From Chiloscyllium plagiosum (Eukaryota), in assembly GCF_004010195.1 (NCBI RefSeq), contig NC_057719.1:8054190-8118189 (forward strand): a stretch of 64,000 nt of DNA, in the 5' to 3' direction. The position numbers and the translations under genes were made by a program. Below the pieces are notes generated by a model. It was not told the origin of the DNA, searched no databases, and was given only the letters and a program-made list of their open reading frames with translations. Shown in pieces: positions 25,930 to 37,597 of the stretch (the stretch's first letter is position 1; each line of letters starts with the position of its first letter).

Positions 25930-26290
25930 ATTTTTGTATCATAACCACTGTTGTAATATAGGAAATTTGGAACAAATTTGTACACTGCTGGATCCCCCAA
26001 ACAGTAAAATAACAACTAGAATATCAGCTCTGATAATGTTGGATGAGGCATAATGTCGACCAAGATGCTGTGAGAGTTCTCCTTATATTTAAGGTGGTGC
26101 TGTTGGGAATGTTTAAAATGTGCCTAGATGGTAGGCAGGGCCTCAATTTTAATGCCTATCTGAAAGGCAACACTTCTTTCATACCTCACTGACATGCCAG
26201 TCAAACCTTTGAATTCATGTCTCAAGATGAGAGTTAAACCTTTAGTTTTGTTACTGAGAAGTGAGAATGCTACCCACTGGATGAGCCACT
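25930..26290 (-). mobile_element. Degenerate Deu-domain SINE
   Basis: cactgttgtaatataggaa..aaacag..ctgaaaggcaacac..tgctacccactg; same layout as 11350 and 52600. Confidence 0.5.
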
Positions 26291-26457
26291 AACATAACCT
26301 CTTGGTGGGTTTCACTAACTGCTGGGAATAATGCAAATGAACAAACAAGAGACAGTAATAAAAGTAAAACAGTGTGGAATCTGGAAGTGTGAAAACTTCA
26401 TACAAAACAAAAATGTTTGCATGCTCTGCACACTCAACATCTGCAGAGAGAAAAACA

Positions 26458-26492
26458 GCTGACGTTTCAAATCAATAACCTTTCATCAGAAC
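26458..26492 (-). ncRNA. Hammerhead-like motif in a PLE-terminus unit (~26370-26495)
   Basis: Reverse complement gtt-CTGATGA-A-aggttattgattt-GAAA-C-GTC-agc; core intact, stem II weak (G-U rich). Confidence 0.45.
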
Positions 26493-27054
26493 TGCAAGAT
26501 GTTCAAGATACACAGTTTTAAAGTAGTACAGAGCCAGGGAATATTGGGGACAAGCTATTCTCGGATCATCCCCCATGGACCAATAGACAGCTGTATAAAT
26601 GTGTCCAACAGCTTCAGGAAAAGAAAGGAGTGGTCAGAATTAGGGCAGGAAATGTGTAGATGCCGTACTGTAGTTGAAGGATCAAATGTAACAATCTTTA
26701 ACAAGTGTTTGTCTGTCTTTAAGTAGCAGTGGAGACGAAATTGACATCTCCAGCATTGCAGAGATTATTTCAAAAGGCAGTGAGACTTCTTCAATTGACA
26801 AAACAAATTGTAATTGATTCAGCTTTAAAGAAATTTGCTCTCAATCAAAATAATTAAAATTCTGACAGTTGATAGATTTTTAAATCTGTGGTCTTGTTTA
26901 TGTTAGTTTGATGTTTCTGTTTCTATTTTTAATCATGTGATAATGGGTTGAAATATCATGTTGGCACCCTCTGTTATATGTATATGAATTGGTAAAATGT
27001 TTATTTATACAGTCGTCAGAGAAAGCACCATAATTTGAACAGTAAGAAACTTAG

Positions 27055-28028
27055 AACATAGAACAATACAGCACAGAACAGGCCCTTCGGCCCACGATGT
27101 TGTGCCGAACATTTGTCCTAGCTTAAGCACCCATCCATGTACCTATCCAATTGCCGCTTAAAGGTCACCAAAGATTCTAACTCTACCACTCCCATGGGCA
27201 GCGCATTCCATGCCCCCACCACTCTCTGGGTAAAGAACCCACCCCTGACATCTCCCCTATACCTTCCACCCTTCACCTTAAATTTATGTCCCCTTGTAAC
27301 ACTCTGTTGCACCCGGGGAAAAAGTTTCTGACTGTCTACTCTATCTATTCCTCTGATCATCTTATAAACCTCTATCAAGTCACCCCTCATCCTTCGCCGT
27401 TCCAACGAGAAAAGACCGAGAACTCTCAACCTATCCTCGTACGACTTCCTCTCCATTCCAGGCAACATCCTGGTAAATCTTCTCTGCACCCTCTCCAAAG
27501 CTTCCACATCTTTCCTAAAATATGTTAATACTTAACTAAGGAACCACCACAAGCTGCATTTCAGTATAAATAGGGGTCAACCAAGCCAAGCCATTGCACC
27601 ATTCCTCTCTATCTTCCTCTTTCCAATGCTGCACCTCAGCTTCAACTAATTACTCACAGCCATAACCTACAATTTGACAGAACAGATGGGAAGTTATGAC
27701 ATTCCCAATTCAAAGATTCTCAAACCAAATCCCTCATCCAAGTCATTAATAAAAATTACAAACAGCAGAGGACCCAGAACTGATCCCTGCGGAACTCCAC
27801 TTGTAACTGGGCTCCAGACTGAATATTTGCCATCTACCACCACTCTCTGACTTCGACCGGTTAGCCAGTTTTCTATCCAATTGGCCAAATTTCCCTCTAT
27901 CCCATGCCTCCTGACTTTCCGCATAAGCCTACCATGGGGAACCTTATCAAATGCCTTACTAAAATCCATGTATACTACATCCACTGCTCTACCCTCATCC
28001 ACATGCTTGGTCACCTCCTCAAAGAATT
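27055..28028 (-). mobile_element. Young CR1 LINE with ~210 bp of non-CR1 sequence replacing part of RT
   Basis: [43 protein letters not shown] (27725-28014) and EALERVQRRFTRMLPGM..(27118-27507); ttctatgttcta tail. Confidence 0.92.
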
Positions 28029-28629
28029 AAGTGCCTCAAAGAATGAAACTTAAGCTTCATTTGCAATTCCTCAGATAAAGAAACAGAACGCATGACCTAA
28101 CATTCAATTCAGTTGTGAAGTGGAATCTACCAAGCAGTGACCATCTCTGCCAAGAGAAACTCCTTACCTTATACTACTCTGAGAGGAACTTCACCATCAA
28201 ATGCAGTGGTTCAAGCAGAAGACTTACCACTATTTTCTCAAGGGCGATCAAGGATGGGCAATAAATGGTAGTCTTTCCAATGGCGTCCACATCCTCTGAA
28301 TGAATTAAAGGTTTTAACATAGTACCTCATCACTGTTAACTTTGAAATGTGCCATTCATCCAAGAATTTTATGTTAAGCACTGGTCTAGTGATCTTTCAT
28401 ATTTCTTCTTGATGGATCAATTAGATGTAGCTGTCATAAGACAGAGTCCTCTTAAATCTTTTCTTGAACAGTTGAAATCAACTCATGCAGTCATGTCTAG
28501 CATCTACTTTACTCACAGACACGTAGTTTGTTTTAGTTCTTTCTGGACTATGAGTGAGTATAAAAGAAATGGTCACCTGACTTCAATAAGGTCAGTTTTG
28601 TTTTAGCTGTATCTCTCAACATACAACAT

Positions 28630-28920
28630 GCTTACATGAAAGGCTGTTTCCAATTCTGGGAGAGTCTCAGACCAGAGGGCATAATCTCATGTGGTCACAC
28701 ATTTAAGACAGAGAAGAGAAATTTCTTCTCGCAGAGGCTAGCGAACCTGTGGTTTTTTTTTTAATGCAGAGGGCTGTTGAGGCTGGGCCATTAAGTATAT
28801 TCAAGACTGAGATAGATAGGATTTGAAAGGCTGAAGATTATCAGGTCAGCTGTGATCTCATTGAATGGTGGAGCTGACTCAATGGGCTGAATGGCCTACA
28901 TCTGCTCCTATGTCTCATAA
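28630..28920 (+). mobile_element. CR1 3' end
   Basis: agagaaatttcttctcgcagagg..gaatggtggagc..gggctgaatggcctacatctgctcctatg. Confidence 0.75.
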
Positions 28921-28924
28921 AACT

Positions 28925-29815
28925 ATAGGCAACTCTTCTGACTGTCAAACCCATGCTGCCTCTATGGAGCAACACAGTCAGTCTCATTGCTTAGTTCTAC
29001 ACCCATGGATCTACATGTTTATTTTTCTCAAATGCCTATGCAATTTTTTAAAAGCAACAACCATTTCCACTTCTACCAGCGTTGTAAGCAGCAAGTTCCA
29101 GATTAAAAAAAAAAGTTATTTTGCTTATCGCCTCTCTGCCTCTTATCTAAAAACTGTCTCCCGCCCATCCCGCCCCTAGGTACCATCTCTTCATGGGAAC
29201 CTCTTTTCTTTGTTCTTTCACAATCTTGTACAGGTCGATCAAATCTCCTTCAAACTCCTTTGCCCCAAGGAAAACCTCAGCTTCTCAAAATTAATCTTGA
29301 AGCTAAACTCCCTCATCCTTGGAATCATTCTGGTATCCTCTGCACTGTCTCAAGGAATAGCACATTCTTCCTAAAGTGACCAGACCTGGGCACAACACTC
29401 AAGGTTTGGCATAATCTGGACTTTAGAAAGATTCAGCATTACTTCCTTTTGTTTGGTACTTAATGCCACTATTTAAGCCTTCATGTACTTTGCAAACTAC
29501 TCTCTCAGTATGTTCTGCCACCCTCAAATATCTGTGCACACAAATTCTCTGGTCCCTCTGTTCATACATATCTCATTCTTTAGAACTGTGTCAATTTGTG
29601 TATTCTGCCTCTCCCTTTAAAGAAAAACTCCATAATCCTCTTATCTGAAAATAACCATTTATTACACTTGCTATTTTCCATCCTCAAACGAATTTTTATA
29701 TCAAAGTTGACTGTAACCCTCCGATTACAAGAGCTGTAATTTTATTGTTAAACAGCCTTTCATGTGGCACTTTGTCAAAGATATTCTTAGAATCCATAGA
29801 CAACGTCCACTGAAT
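28925..29815 (-). mobile_element. Old CR1 fragment
   Basis: Degenerate antisense CR1 (aaactccctcatccttggaatcattctggt; catgtggcactttgtcaaag = FDKVPH). Confidence 0.6.
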
Positions 29816-30593
29816 GTAAAGTGTCAGAATGTTGTCAGCTTATATGCAACCAGCAATCTCTATTAAATTAGTTGTTGACAAGTTTTTTTTTGCCTTTACT
29901 GCCTTAAGCTGAAGAGGCATGAGTGCAGTGGAAAAGGAAATTAAATTTGCCTTTGTAACTATGTGTCCAATTATGTGTAGCAGGTTGAAGATATCATTGT
30001 TGAAGTCTTTACTTGATTACCTCTGAGAAAGACGGACCAACAATGTGCTGAACCATTATAAAATAACACTTCCTGCTGAGCAGGTGGATCTTTGGTGCAT
30101 TTACACACACACAGCCTGTGATTCAATTGAAGTGGTGGGTGGCAATAATTTGCCACCTTGGGTGCATGTATTGAATTTGCTTGCAATAGTTATAGCAAGT
30201 GACAGCTTGTGTTTGGAATTTACACTGACACATTTGTAAATCTCCTTCTGTGCGCCAGACTTCAAACCGTGGCCTGCGAGAGGTAGATTTACTTTGCGAT
30301 ACAACTATCAACAATTTCAGTAATAGCAGATTTGTGGCTGCATTGTATTATAAATAGAATTTTATAGCATCAAGGATCTGATGGAGCTATCCTTGACCCC
30401 TCAATCTCATCTGTTTGTGATGAGTGCCTAGATGTGTTAATCACTAACCCTAAGCATACAGACCAACATTAATGCTAGAGTTTGGTTTAGAAAAGGAATT
30501 AAAAGTGAAATAACCCTTTGTGTTCTGTTGAAAGTAACTCATGTCTCGGAGTAGGTTTGTATTAGCCATGAGGATAAGCTTTCTTTTTCTCAG

Positions 30594-30644
30594 GCCTTGG
30601 ATGGGAAATTGAATGATTCTCTAGTTTCTTACTGTGAGGCTATG
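30594..30644 (+). CDS. Candidate internal exon, 51 nt, phase 0-0 (ALDGKLNDSLVSYCEAM); gene unidentified
   Basis: Acceptor ctttctttttctcag, donor ATG|gtgagg; only frame 0 is open; no homology recognised. Confidence 0.3.
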
Positions 30645-30688
30645 GTGAGGACTGCCTGATACCCCATTGGCTGAACTCTGTGTTTTTA

Positions 30689-30860
30689 TGATTTGGAGAT
30701 GCCAGTGTTGGACTGGGATGTACAAATTTAAAAATCACACAACACCAGGTTACAGTCCAACAGGTTTAATTGGAAGCACTAGCTTTCGGAGCGCCGCTCC
30801 TTCATCAGGTGGTTGTCCAATTAAACCTGTTGGATTATAACCTGGTGTTGTGTGCTTTTT
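30689..30860. mobile_element. PLE-terminus fold-back unit with a 15-bp TSD
   Basis: TSD aactctgtgttttta at 30674-30688 and 30861-30875; arms cacacaacaccaggtta..tccaacaggtttaattgga / tccaattaaacctgttgga..taacctggtgttgtgtg. Confidence 0.85.
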
Positions 30861-31087
30861 AACTCTGTGTTTTTAGATCTAGAGTTGTGCATTTAGGAAC
30901 ACACATGTAATTGGAAGCAGTAGCTTTCGGAGCACCACTCCTTCATCAGGTGGTTGTCCACCAGATGAAGGAGCGGTGCTCCGAAAGCTAGTGCTTCCAA
31001 TTAAACCTGTTGGATTATAACCTGGTGTTGTGTGCTTTTTAACTCTGTGTTTTTAGATCTAGAGTTGTGCATTTAGGAACACACATG
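30767..31087 (+). repeat. Local tandem duplication (30767-30907 and 30908-31087)
   Basis: 30816-30907 is identical to 30996-31087; the first copy lacks 39 nt. Confidence 0.9.
30777..30811 (-). ncRNA. Minimal type I hammerhead ribozyme motif, fully paired
   Basis: Reverse complement CAC-CTGATGA-A-GGAGC-ggc-GCTCC-GAAA-G-CTA-GTG: stem I CAC/GTG, 5-bp stem II, palindromic AGCT stem III. Confidence 0.72.
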
Positions 31088-32461
31088 AGTCATGATCCTA
31101 CTGGAAGTCATTTTGGTCCTTCAATAGATGTCATTGATCCCAAGGCATGATAAGGAGCAGGAATCTTTCCTGGTGTCTTGCCAATTCAATATCATTAGAA
31201 TTCGATTAGCCATTTATCTCATTCTTGTTGTGGTATTTTGCAATCTGCAAAGCCAGTACCACATTTACTGATACCAGGCTATCTGTACATCAAAGCACCA
31301 TATGTGAAGATCTCTGAGATGCCACAGAAGGTAGATTCTTTAAAAGGACGACAAAGGTGACAGCATTTCCTTTTTTGAAGTCATGGATAAATGTCCTTTA
31401 TACACCAGCATCCTGAGGAAATTAAGTTGGGTTTCAGAAGAGTGGTAGGCGTGACAGTTTCTGCACTTGTGCAGATCCCATAATACAAACAACTGTGGCA
31501 CATCCAATCTGAAAAGGACTTATTTTGCTTTTCCGGCTGCTGACTGTCCTATTGAGTATTCCTTTATTTAGAATCCATCCTCTTTGAGCAAGGCTGAGTT
31601 TTTTTTAAATATAGAACCATTGTATATGCTATTCTATGACTAATAGACCTCACTTAATGTATAATGTTCTTTTTAAATAAGCTCAGAACTTTATGGAACT
31701 GTGCATTGTTAAACTAGCCAGTTCAAATCTGTCAATGTAATTGCTATTGACTCATCAGGCAAGTGTTTAATTAAAATGTATTTGCCAAGGTCATATTGTC
31801 AATTGCTATTCCTAAAAAGAAAGCTACTGAATAACTAAAGTCCATTTAGATTTTTTTGTGTGATGTTATTGCTGTCTTGGATGTTATATTACCCTGTTTT
31901 GATTTGTTAATTCATGCATTGCGATTTTGTCCAGTGATTTCTCCACTCATCGGGCTGTACTGTTTCTCTGTGGAGCAACATTAACAGTTCTTTAAGCAGT
32001 ATCATTGGTGGGCAACAAACTCTTGTGACTAGTATAGTTATAATGAGAAAATACATTTAAAGCAAAGTAATGAGTAATCTAAAATGTTCCCAGCTGCTTC
32101 ATAAGAGCATTATCAAAAAAATGTTGTCATTGAGCCATGTTAAAGATAAAGTGATTTGCCACTTGTTCAGAGATGTAGGTTTAATGGAGTGCTTAAAAGA
32201 GCAAAGAAGGGCAGGAAGGTTTCTTGAAGACTTTGGCTTGATTCATGGACAGCTGCCAATAGTGGGGTGAAGGAGATTGAGACCATGCAGAGGCTAGAAT
32301 TGGAGGAATGCAAAGATCTTGAAGAGCTATAGGGTTGGAGGAGGTTATAGAGACAGGGTGATGAGGTCACAGTTATAAAGAATTAGAAACACAAGGCTTT
32401 TCCAGACCAGAAGCTATGTGCCTCAAGGGAATTGTTATTACAGAGTGGAAGTGATAATCAA

Positions 32462-32718
32462 AGAATCCCTACAGTGTGGAAATACGCCATTCAACCCATC
32501 GAGTCGGCACCAACCCTCCAAAGGAGGCCCTACTCCTGTAACCCTGCATTTCCCACGACTGATACAACTAGCCTGGATACTATGTGCAATTTTGGACAGT
32601 GGGAGGAAACCCAGGCAAAGAAAATGCAAACTCCACACAGCCAGTCACCCAAGGGTGGAATTAAACCCAGGTCCCTGGTGCTGTGAGGCAGCAGTGCTAG
32701 CCACTGAGCCACCATGCT
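32462..32718 (-). mobile_element. V-SINE, older copy
   Basis: Reverse complement gcatggtggctcagtggctagcactgctgcctcacagcacc..gtgtggagtttgca. Confidence 0.85.
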
Positions 32719-34369
32719 GTGGAGGATAATGCTGGTGTCAGAAGTCCAGCTTTAGGTCAACTGGATGCTAAGATTGGAAACAAAATGATTCAACCTCTGA
32801 CAGTGGTTCAGCAATGAAATGTATCGGGGGCAAAGACAATAGTTTGCATCTTCTAATTATTTAAATGTAGGAATTTTCCACTGACTAATATAAAGGGGAG
32901 TTTAAGCCTTTGCTTTTTTTCAGTTGGCACATTCACTTGATGTAAAACAATATATGTTGGCCATGTAAAGCCTGGTTTTAATGCCCTGGCTCCCCCATAT
33001 AGAATGCTGTTATCAATTTGATGACTGAAAGCTTCTTCTGTAATTACAACCTCAGCAAATTCTCTTAAGTGGTTTCATTGGCTTTATGTACTTGCAGATA
33101 ATTAAAAGGAAATCATTGAGTTTCAATCAAAGAATACTTGATGGTTGTTGTAAGCCAGTCAAGGAGCTATACTTGATGGACTATGAGGGGATTTCACTGT
33201 TGCTGAAGCATAGTGACAAGAGTATACATGTTTCAACAGAGTGCCTGAGATGCACATGTTTGCTTTGTGTTGTCTGTGCACTTGTTTGGTGTTTAACATT
33301 AGCGTATTGAGTAGATTTTTGCTGCAAATTACTTTTGTAAATTAGCTTTCATTGAAAACAATTTCAGTTCTGACAAAACAAAATAACATTGAGCCTGTCC
33401 TGCATTGAGATGCAGATGCCATTTTTTTGTCATTTTGGGAAGGGAAGGGAAATTGTATCTGGCAGCCTTTATTAACTACAGTGCTGTAAGTACATTGGTG
33501 AAGCAGGAGTTGCTTTTGTTAAGCACATTTCGTTTTCAGTGATTGCTGGGTAACATATGGCAGCCACATATTTGCTCTGTAAAATGCTACTTGCCAAGCT
33601 GGTCAATGCGTTGTAAATTTGTTTCCTGTAAGGAAGCTTTACATGGCAGCTCCTTCTTTCTGTTTTGATGGTGAAATACAGTAATTTGCATATAACTTGC
33701 AATAATATGTGTATAACTTGAGCTAATATGACCAGAATGATATGTACCTGAAAAATGTCTTAAATTGTTCATTTGTGATGAAAGATGAAAGACCTACATA
33801 TATTAATACTGTTTTTGGAGTTTGGATTTCAGAATAGTAGTATATGGATGTCAACTGCTTTTGTGAAGGGCTTTCCTTTGTAAAAACAAAACAAATCAAA
33901 GAGTCCTTCCAGAAAGGTGACCTAATCCAGTAAGTATCAGAGAGCAGGTGACTGCAAATCCCTCTGCTGTTAATGGAAAGAGATTTATAGCGATGGGTGT
34001 TTACGACAGGTGTGGTAATGATGTAAAGCCATTAGCTTTGTTTCAGTTCAGAACAATCTATAATGACTAAGTTTTTTTAAAAATATTCAGTTCAGACACA
34101 AGTTTTTACAGAGGTTCAGGAGGCACCACTGCTGGGTTCAGAATCCAGTTTAGTTCCCCTCCTAGAAAGAGGATTTGGAGCAATTCAGGGAGTAAATTAA
34201 CTCAGCAGATGGATTTAATGTGTGAAAGTTCTAAACTTGGAGAGTTTGGATAGAAATCTGCATGGTTAGAAATCTGCATCAAACTGAGAAAGATTGGGCT
34301 GTCAGATTTGTGAAGAAGTTCACATCTATATTGTCAAAAAGGACTTACCAAATTGTCTCCACAGTCCAT

Positions 34370-34882
34370 AGCAAAGAGGTATTATCACTAGACCGTTAAT
34401 CCAGGTAATGTCCTTGGTTTGAATCCTGCCATGGCAGATGAAGTTTGAACTAAATAAAAATTTGGAATTAGGAATCTAGTGATGACGATGAAATCATTGT
34501 GGATTGTCAGGAAAAACTCACCTTGTTCACTAGTGTCCTTTAGGAAAGGAAACTGCTGTCCTTACCTGGTCTGGTCTATATGTGACTTGAGATGTACAGC
34601 AATGTGGCTGACTCTTAACTGCCTTATGGCAATTAGGAATAAGCTATAAATGTTGTCTTAGCCAGTATTTGGAGACACCAGTGTTGGACTGGGGTATACA
34701 AAGTTAAAAGTTATAATCCAACAAGTTTATTGGAAGCACTAGCTTGCGAAGCATTGTTCCTTAAGGAGCAGTGTTCCGAGAGCTAGTGCTTCCACATAAA
34801 CGCATTGGACTATAACCTGGTGTTGCATGATTTTTAACGTCTTAGCCAGTGACATCCGCATCCATGAACGAATATTAAAAAA
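34370..34882 (+). mobile_element. tRNA-derived SINE split by a PLE fold-back
   Basis: Same family as 12196; the tail resumes at 34851 (gacatccgcatccatgaacgaat). Confidence 0.8.
34667..34838. mobile_element. PLE-terminus fold-back unit with a 12-bp TSD; both hammerhead cores lost at the apex
   Basis: TSD gtcttagccagt at 34655-34666 and 34839-34850; ggaagcactagct..cctt/aagg..agctagtgcttcc palindrome. Confidence 0.85.
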
Positions 34883-35231
34883 GAACTGTCAGATGTCAGT
34901 TAAGTAAGACTGAGATATAGGGGTAATTTCTCTGGACTTGAGTCTCTGTAGTGGATAGTGTCAGGGATCAGGTTAAGTTTCTTTTCACTGTGTGTTTTAG
35001 TTCCTGCAGTTTTTGATATTTAGATAACCTGTATTTCTTTTTAATTTCTTTGTGCGTCTAATAAGTTGAGTTCTGTTGTTAAAGGAAGCCTGCAGCCTCA
35101 TGAGATTAACCACCATGTTAGCTAACTAAATTTTTAAAAATTCTAATCAAACCAGATTTAGTTTTGGGATCTGACTTGTCCAATTGTACCATCAACTGGG
35201 TTCACAACGATTTTGTGAATATACAGACCTT

Positions 35232-35541
35232 TGTTAGCACTGCTGCCTCACAGCGCCAGAGACCCGGGTTCAATTCCCGCCTCAGGCGACTGACTGTGTG
35301 GAGTTTGCACGTTCTCCCCGTGTCTGCGTGGGTTTCCTCCGGGTGCTCCGGTTTCCTCCCACAATCCAAAAGATGTGCAGGTCAGGTGAATTGGCCATGC
35401 TAAATTGCCCGTAGTGTTAGGTTAGGGGTAAATGTAGGGGTAGGGGTATGGGTGGGTTGCGCTTCGGCGGGGCGGTGTGGACTTGTTGGGCCGAAGGGCC
35501 TGTTTCCACACTGTAAGTAATCTAATCTAATCTAAAAAAAA
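35232..35541 (+). mobile_element. HE1-type V-SINE, young (CpG-rich), slightly 5'-truncated
   Basis: gttagcactgctgcctcacagcgccagagacccgggttcaattcccg..V-domain..gggccgaagggcctgtttccacactg(taatc)n. Confidence 0.92.
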
Positions 35542-36159
35542 CATAGAAAAACAACTATCCTATGTTGACATTTATTCTTCACGTAAAACGTAGCCTTATT
35601 CCCATCACTGCACCCTGTACCCTGCTTTCTATCCGATCTCCTTTCGACTGTCTATTGAATCTGTTCTTAAAAGTTGACATAAATTCAACTTTTAAGTGAT
35701 TAACTCCACTTGTACATTTTATAGACTGTTGACATTGTATTAAAATAAAATTGTGTGCTGTTTTAAATCTTTGCACTTGATTTTGTCCCCTCATTCTAGG
35801 ATCAGATCATTCTTTGTCTTCGTAATCCTTGCAGCTCAAAGCATCCAAATGCATTTGCTCTGTGCATTCATCCTCCATTGTGGAGCCAAAATCTGCAAAA
35901 ATATCAGCTGTTGTTGTGCCAGTCCACAATTCAGGAGTCTGGTTGTGCAGTCTTCCTAATGTTTTCCATCTGTGATGACTTATGTTCAGGGTCAAGGTGA
36001 ACAGGTATCTACATCAATCTCTGTGAATATCAAGGAGATGGGCCTAACTAATGAGAGGACATTGCTCCAATAGTTTATGTTAAGAGAGAGAGAGAAGATG
36101 GAGGTAGGTTTAAAGATTCAGCAGCCTGGTTTGAACCAGAGAATACTGATTTAAAGGTT

Positions 36160-36330
36160 ACAAATAAAAACAGAAATTGGTGGAGAAGCTCAGCATAAAA
36201 AAGGGCCACTCAACCCAAAATGTTAACTCTGATTTCTCTCCACAGATGCTGCCAGACCTGCTGAGCTTTTCCAGCAATTTGTGTTTTTGTCTCTGATTAC
36301 CAGCATCTGCAGTTCTTTTGGTTTTTATTG
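36160..36330. mobile_element. PLE-terminus fold-back unit inside an old CR1 3' end
   Basis: aaacagaaattggtggagaagctcagca / tgctgagcttttccagcaatttgtgttt; degenerate TSD ac(t/c)gattt(a/t)aaggt. Confidence 0.7.
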
Positions 36331-37597
36331 ACCGATTTTAAGGTATTCGGCAAAAGGAGCAACAGTCAACTGAGGGAATTCCTTATACACAGCATGTAGT
36401 TGGGGTCTGGAATGCTCTCGCTGAAGCTGGCTTAAATAAAGTTTTTAAAAGAGCATTAGGTAATTATCTGAAGCAAAGCTATTTGCAGAGCCAAGGTAAG
36501 AGTCAAGGGAGTGGGACGAGGAGTGTTCCTCTTCCACAGAATTGGCATGGATGCAATGGTTCAAATAGCTTCATGTTGTGCTGCAATCATTCTCTGACAC
36601 CTTGCAGGAACGTTGTTCCAATGTTGCTAAATTAAATGTAGTCAATTAAGATTGTGAATAGTCCATTACAGTACCCATGTTTTATGTTTGTTGTAGTTTA
36701 ATTGGGTTTTACCAGTACTGAACTCCTTCCAGTTCCTTGATTTGTGGTTATTCATGAGTAAGCCTGTATAATAACTGTTAGCAGTCTCTGTCATCCACCA
36801 TGGTAACACCCCTACCAATCAGAGTCCATCTAGCAACTAAACAATGCTTTGTTCTCATACAGAATAAAGACACATGTTTCTGAAGAAGACTCTCATATTG
36901 GACTCAAAATGTTAATTCTGTTTCTCTCTCTACTGATGCTACCAGACCTGCTGAATTTCAACAGCACTTTCTGTTTTTACTTCAGATATTCAGTGTTCAC
37001 AATATATTTTATTTCAGTATAAACATTGGTGGTCTTGCAAATCTCCTGATGAATGCAAAATAAAAAGCTTTGACAAAATGTACTTTTTTTCAGCCATCTG
37101 TGTTTAGTTGTGTGACAAATTTTAATGCAAAAAACAAAAAAAAACTTGTTTTGTAGGCATTCCGTGGAATTCACATCACTCAGAATAAAAACGATTGAAA
37201 CCCCTCTCTTTGCTCAGTGATCCACACCCTGAGCTACAAACCTTCTCCAAAATCTCAACAACCCTGTTTTATTTCATTGTCAGGAACACCAAATTAAACC
37301 TCCATTCTGTTTTCAATCAATATCTACTGTTCACGTCCACAATGCTCAGCAGTGGCCACAGCTAGCAAAAAAAAGGGTAGAAGTTCATTTCCCATTTAGC
37401 TGAGCAACCTGGGGACACTGGTAAGACCTCAACCTGGGTGTCTGCTAACTCAGCAGATTCTAAGGATCAAAGCTACATTCATGCTTATCTGTATGCTCGG
37501 TTCTACTTTGGAGCATCTTCATCAACCTTGGACTTCAAGAACAAAGTACTCATCTGACTACTCATGGATGATGATGGGATAGTGTAGGGGGATGAGC

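Larger units (their letters stand above)
33861..35207 (+). mobile_element. Probable solo LTR carrying a nested SINE and PLE fold-back
   Basis: Inverted termini ttgtgaa (33861) / ttcacaa (35201-35207); 3' end gggatctgacttgtccaattgtaccatcaactgggttcacaac; no TSD seen. Confidence 0.4.

Noticed and set aside
31110..31132. miR-133-like sequence ttttggtccttcaatagatg
   Set aside because: The seed does not match, there is no hairpin, and it lies in a degenerate Deu-SINE.
35232..35290. tRNA gene (also 3740-3808 and 32650-32718)
   Set aside because: These are tRNA-like heads of V-SINEs, continuous with the SINE body and tail; there is no complete cloverleaf.
35807..35995. Minus-strand acidic ORF (..TMEDECTEQMHLDALSCKDYEDKE)
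   Set aside because: Short, no recognisable homology, and it overlaps an equally weak plus-strand candidate.
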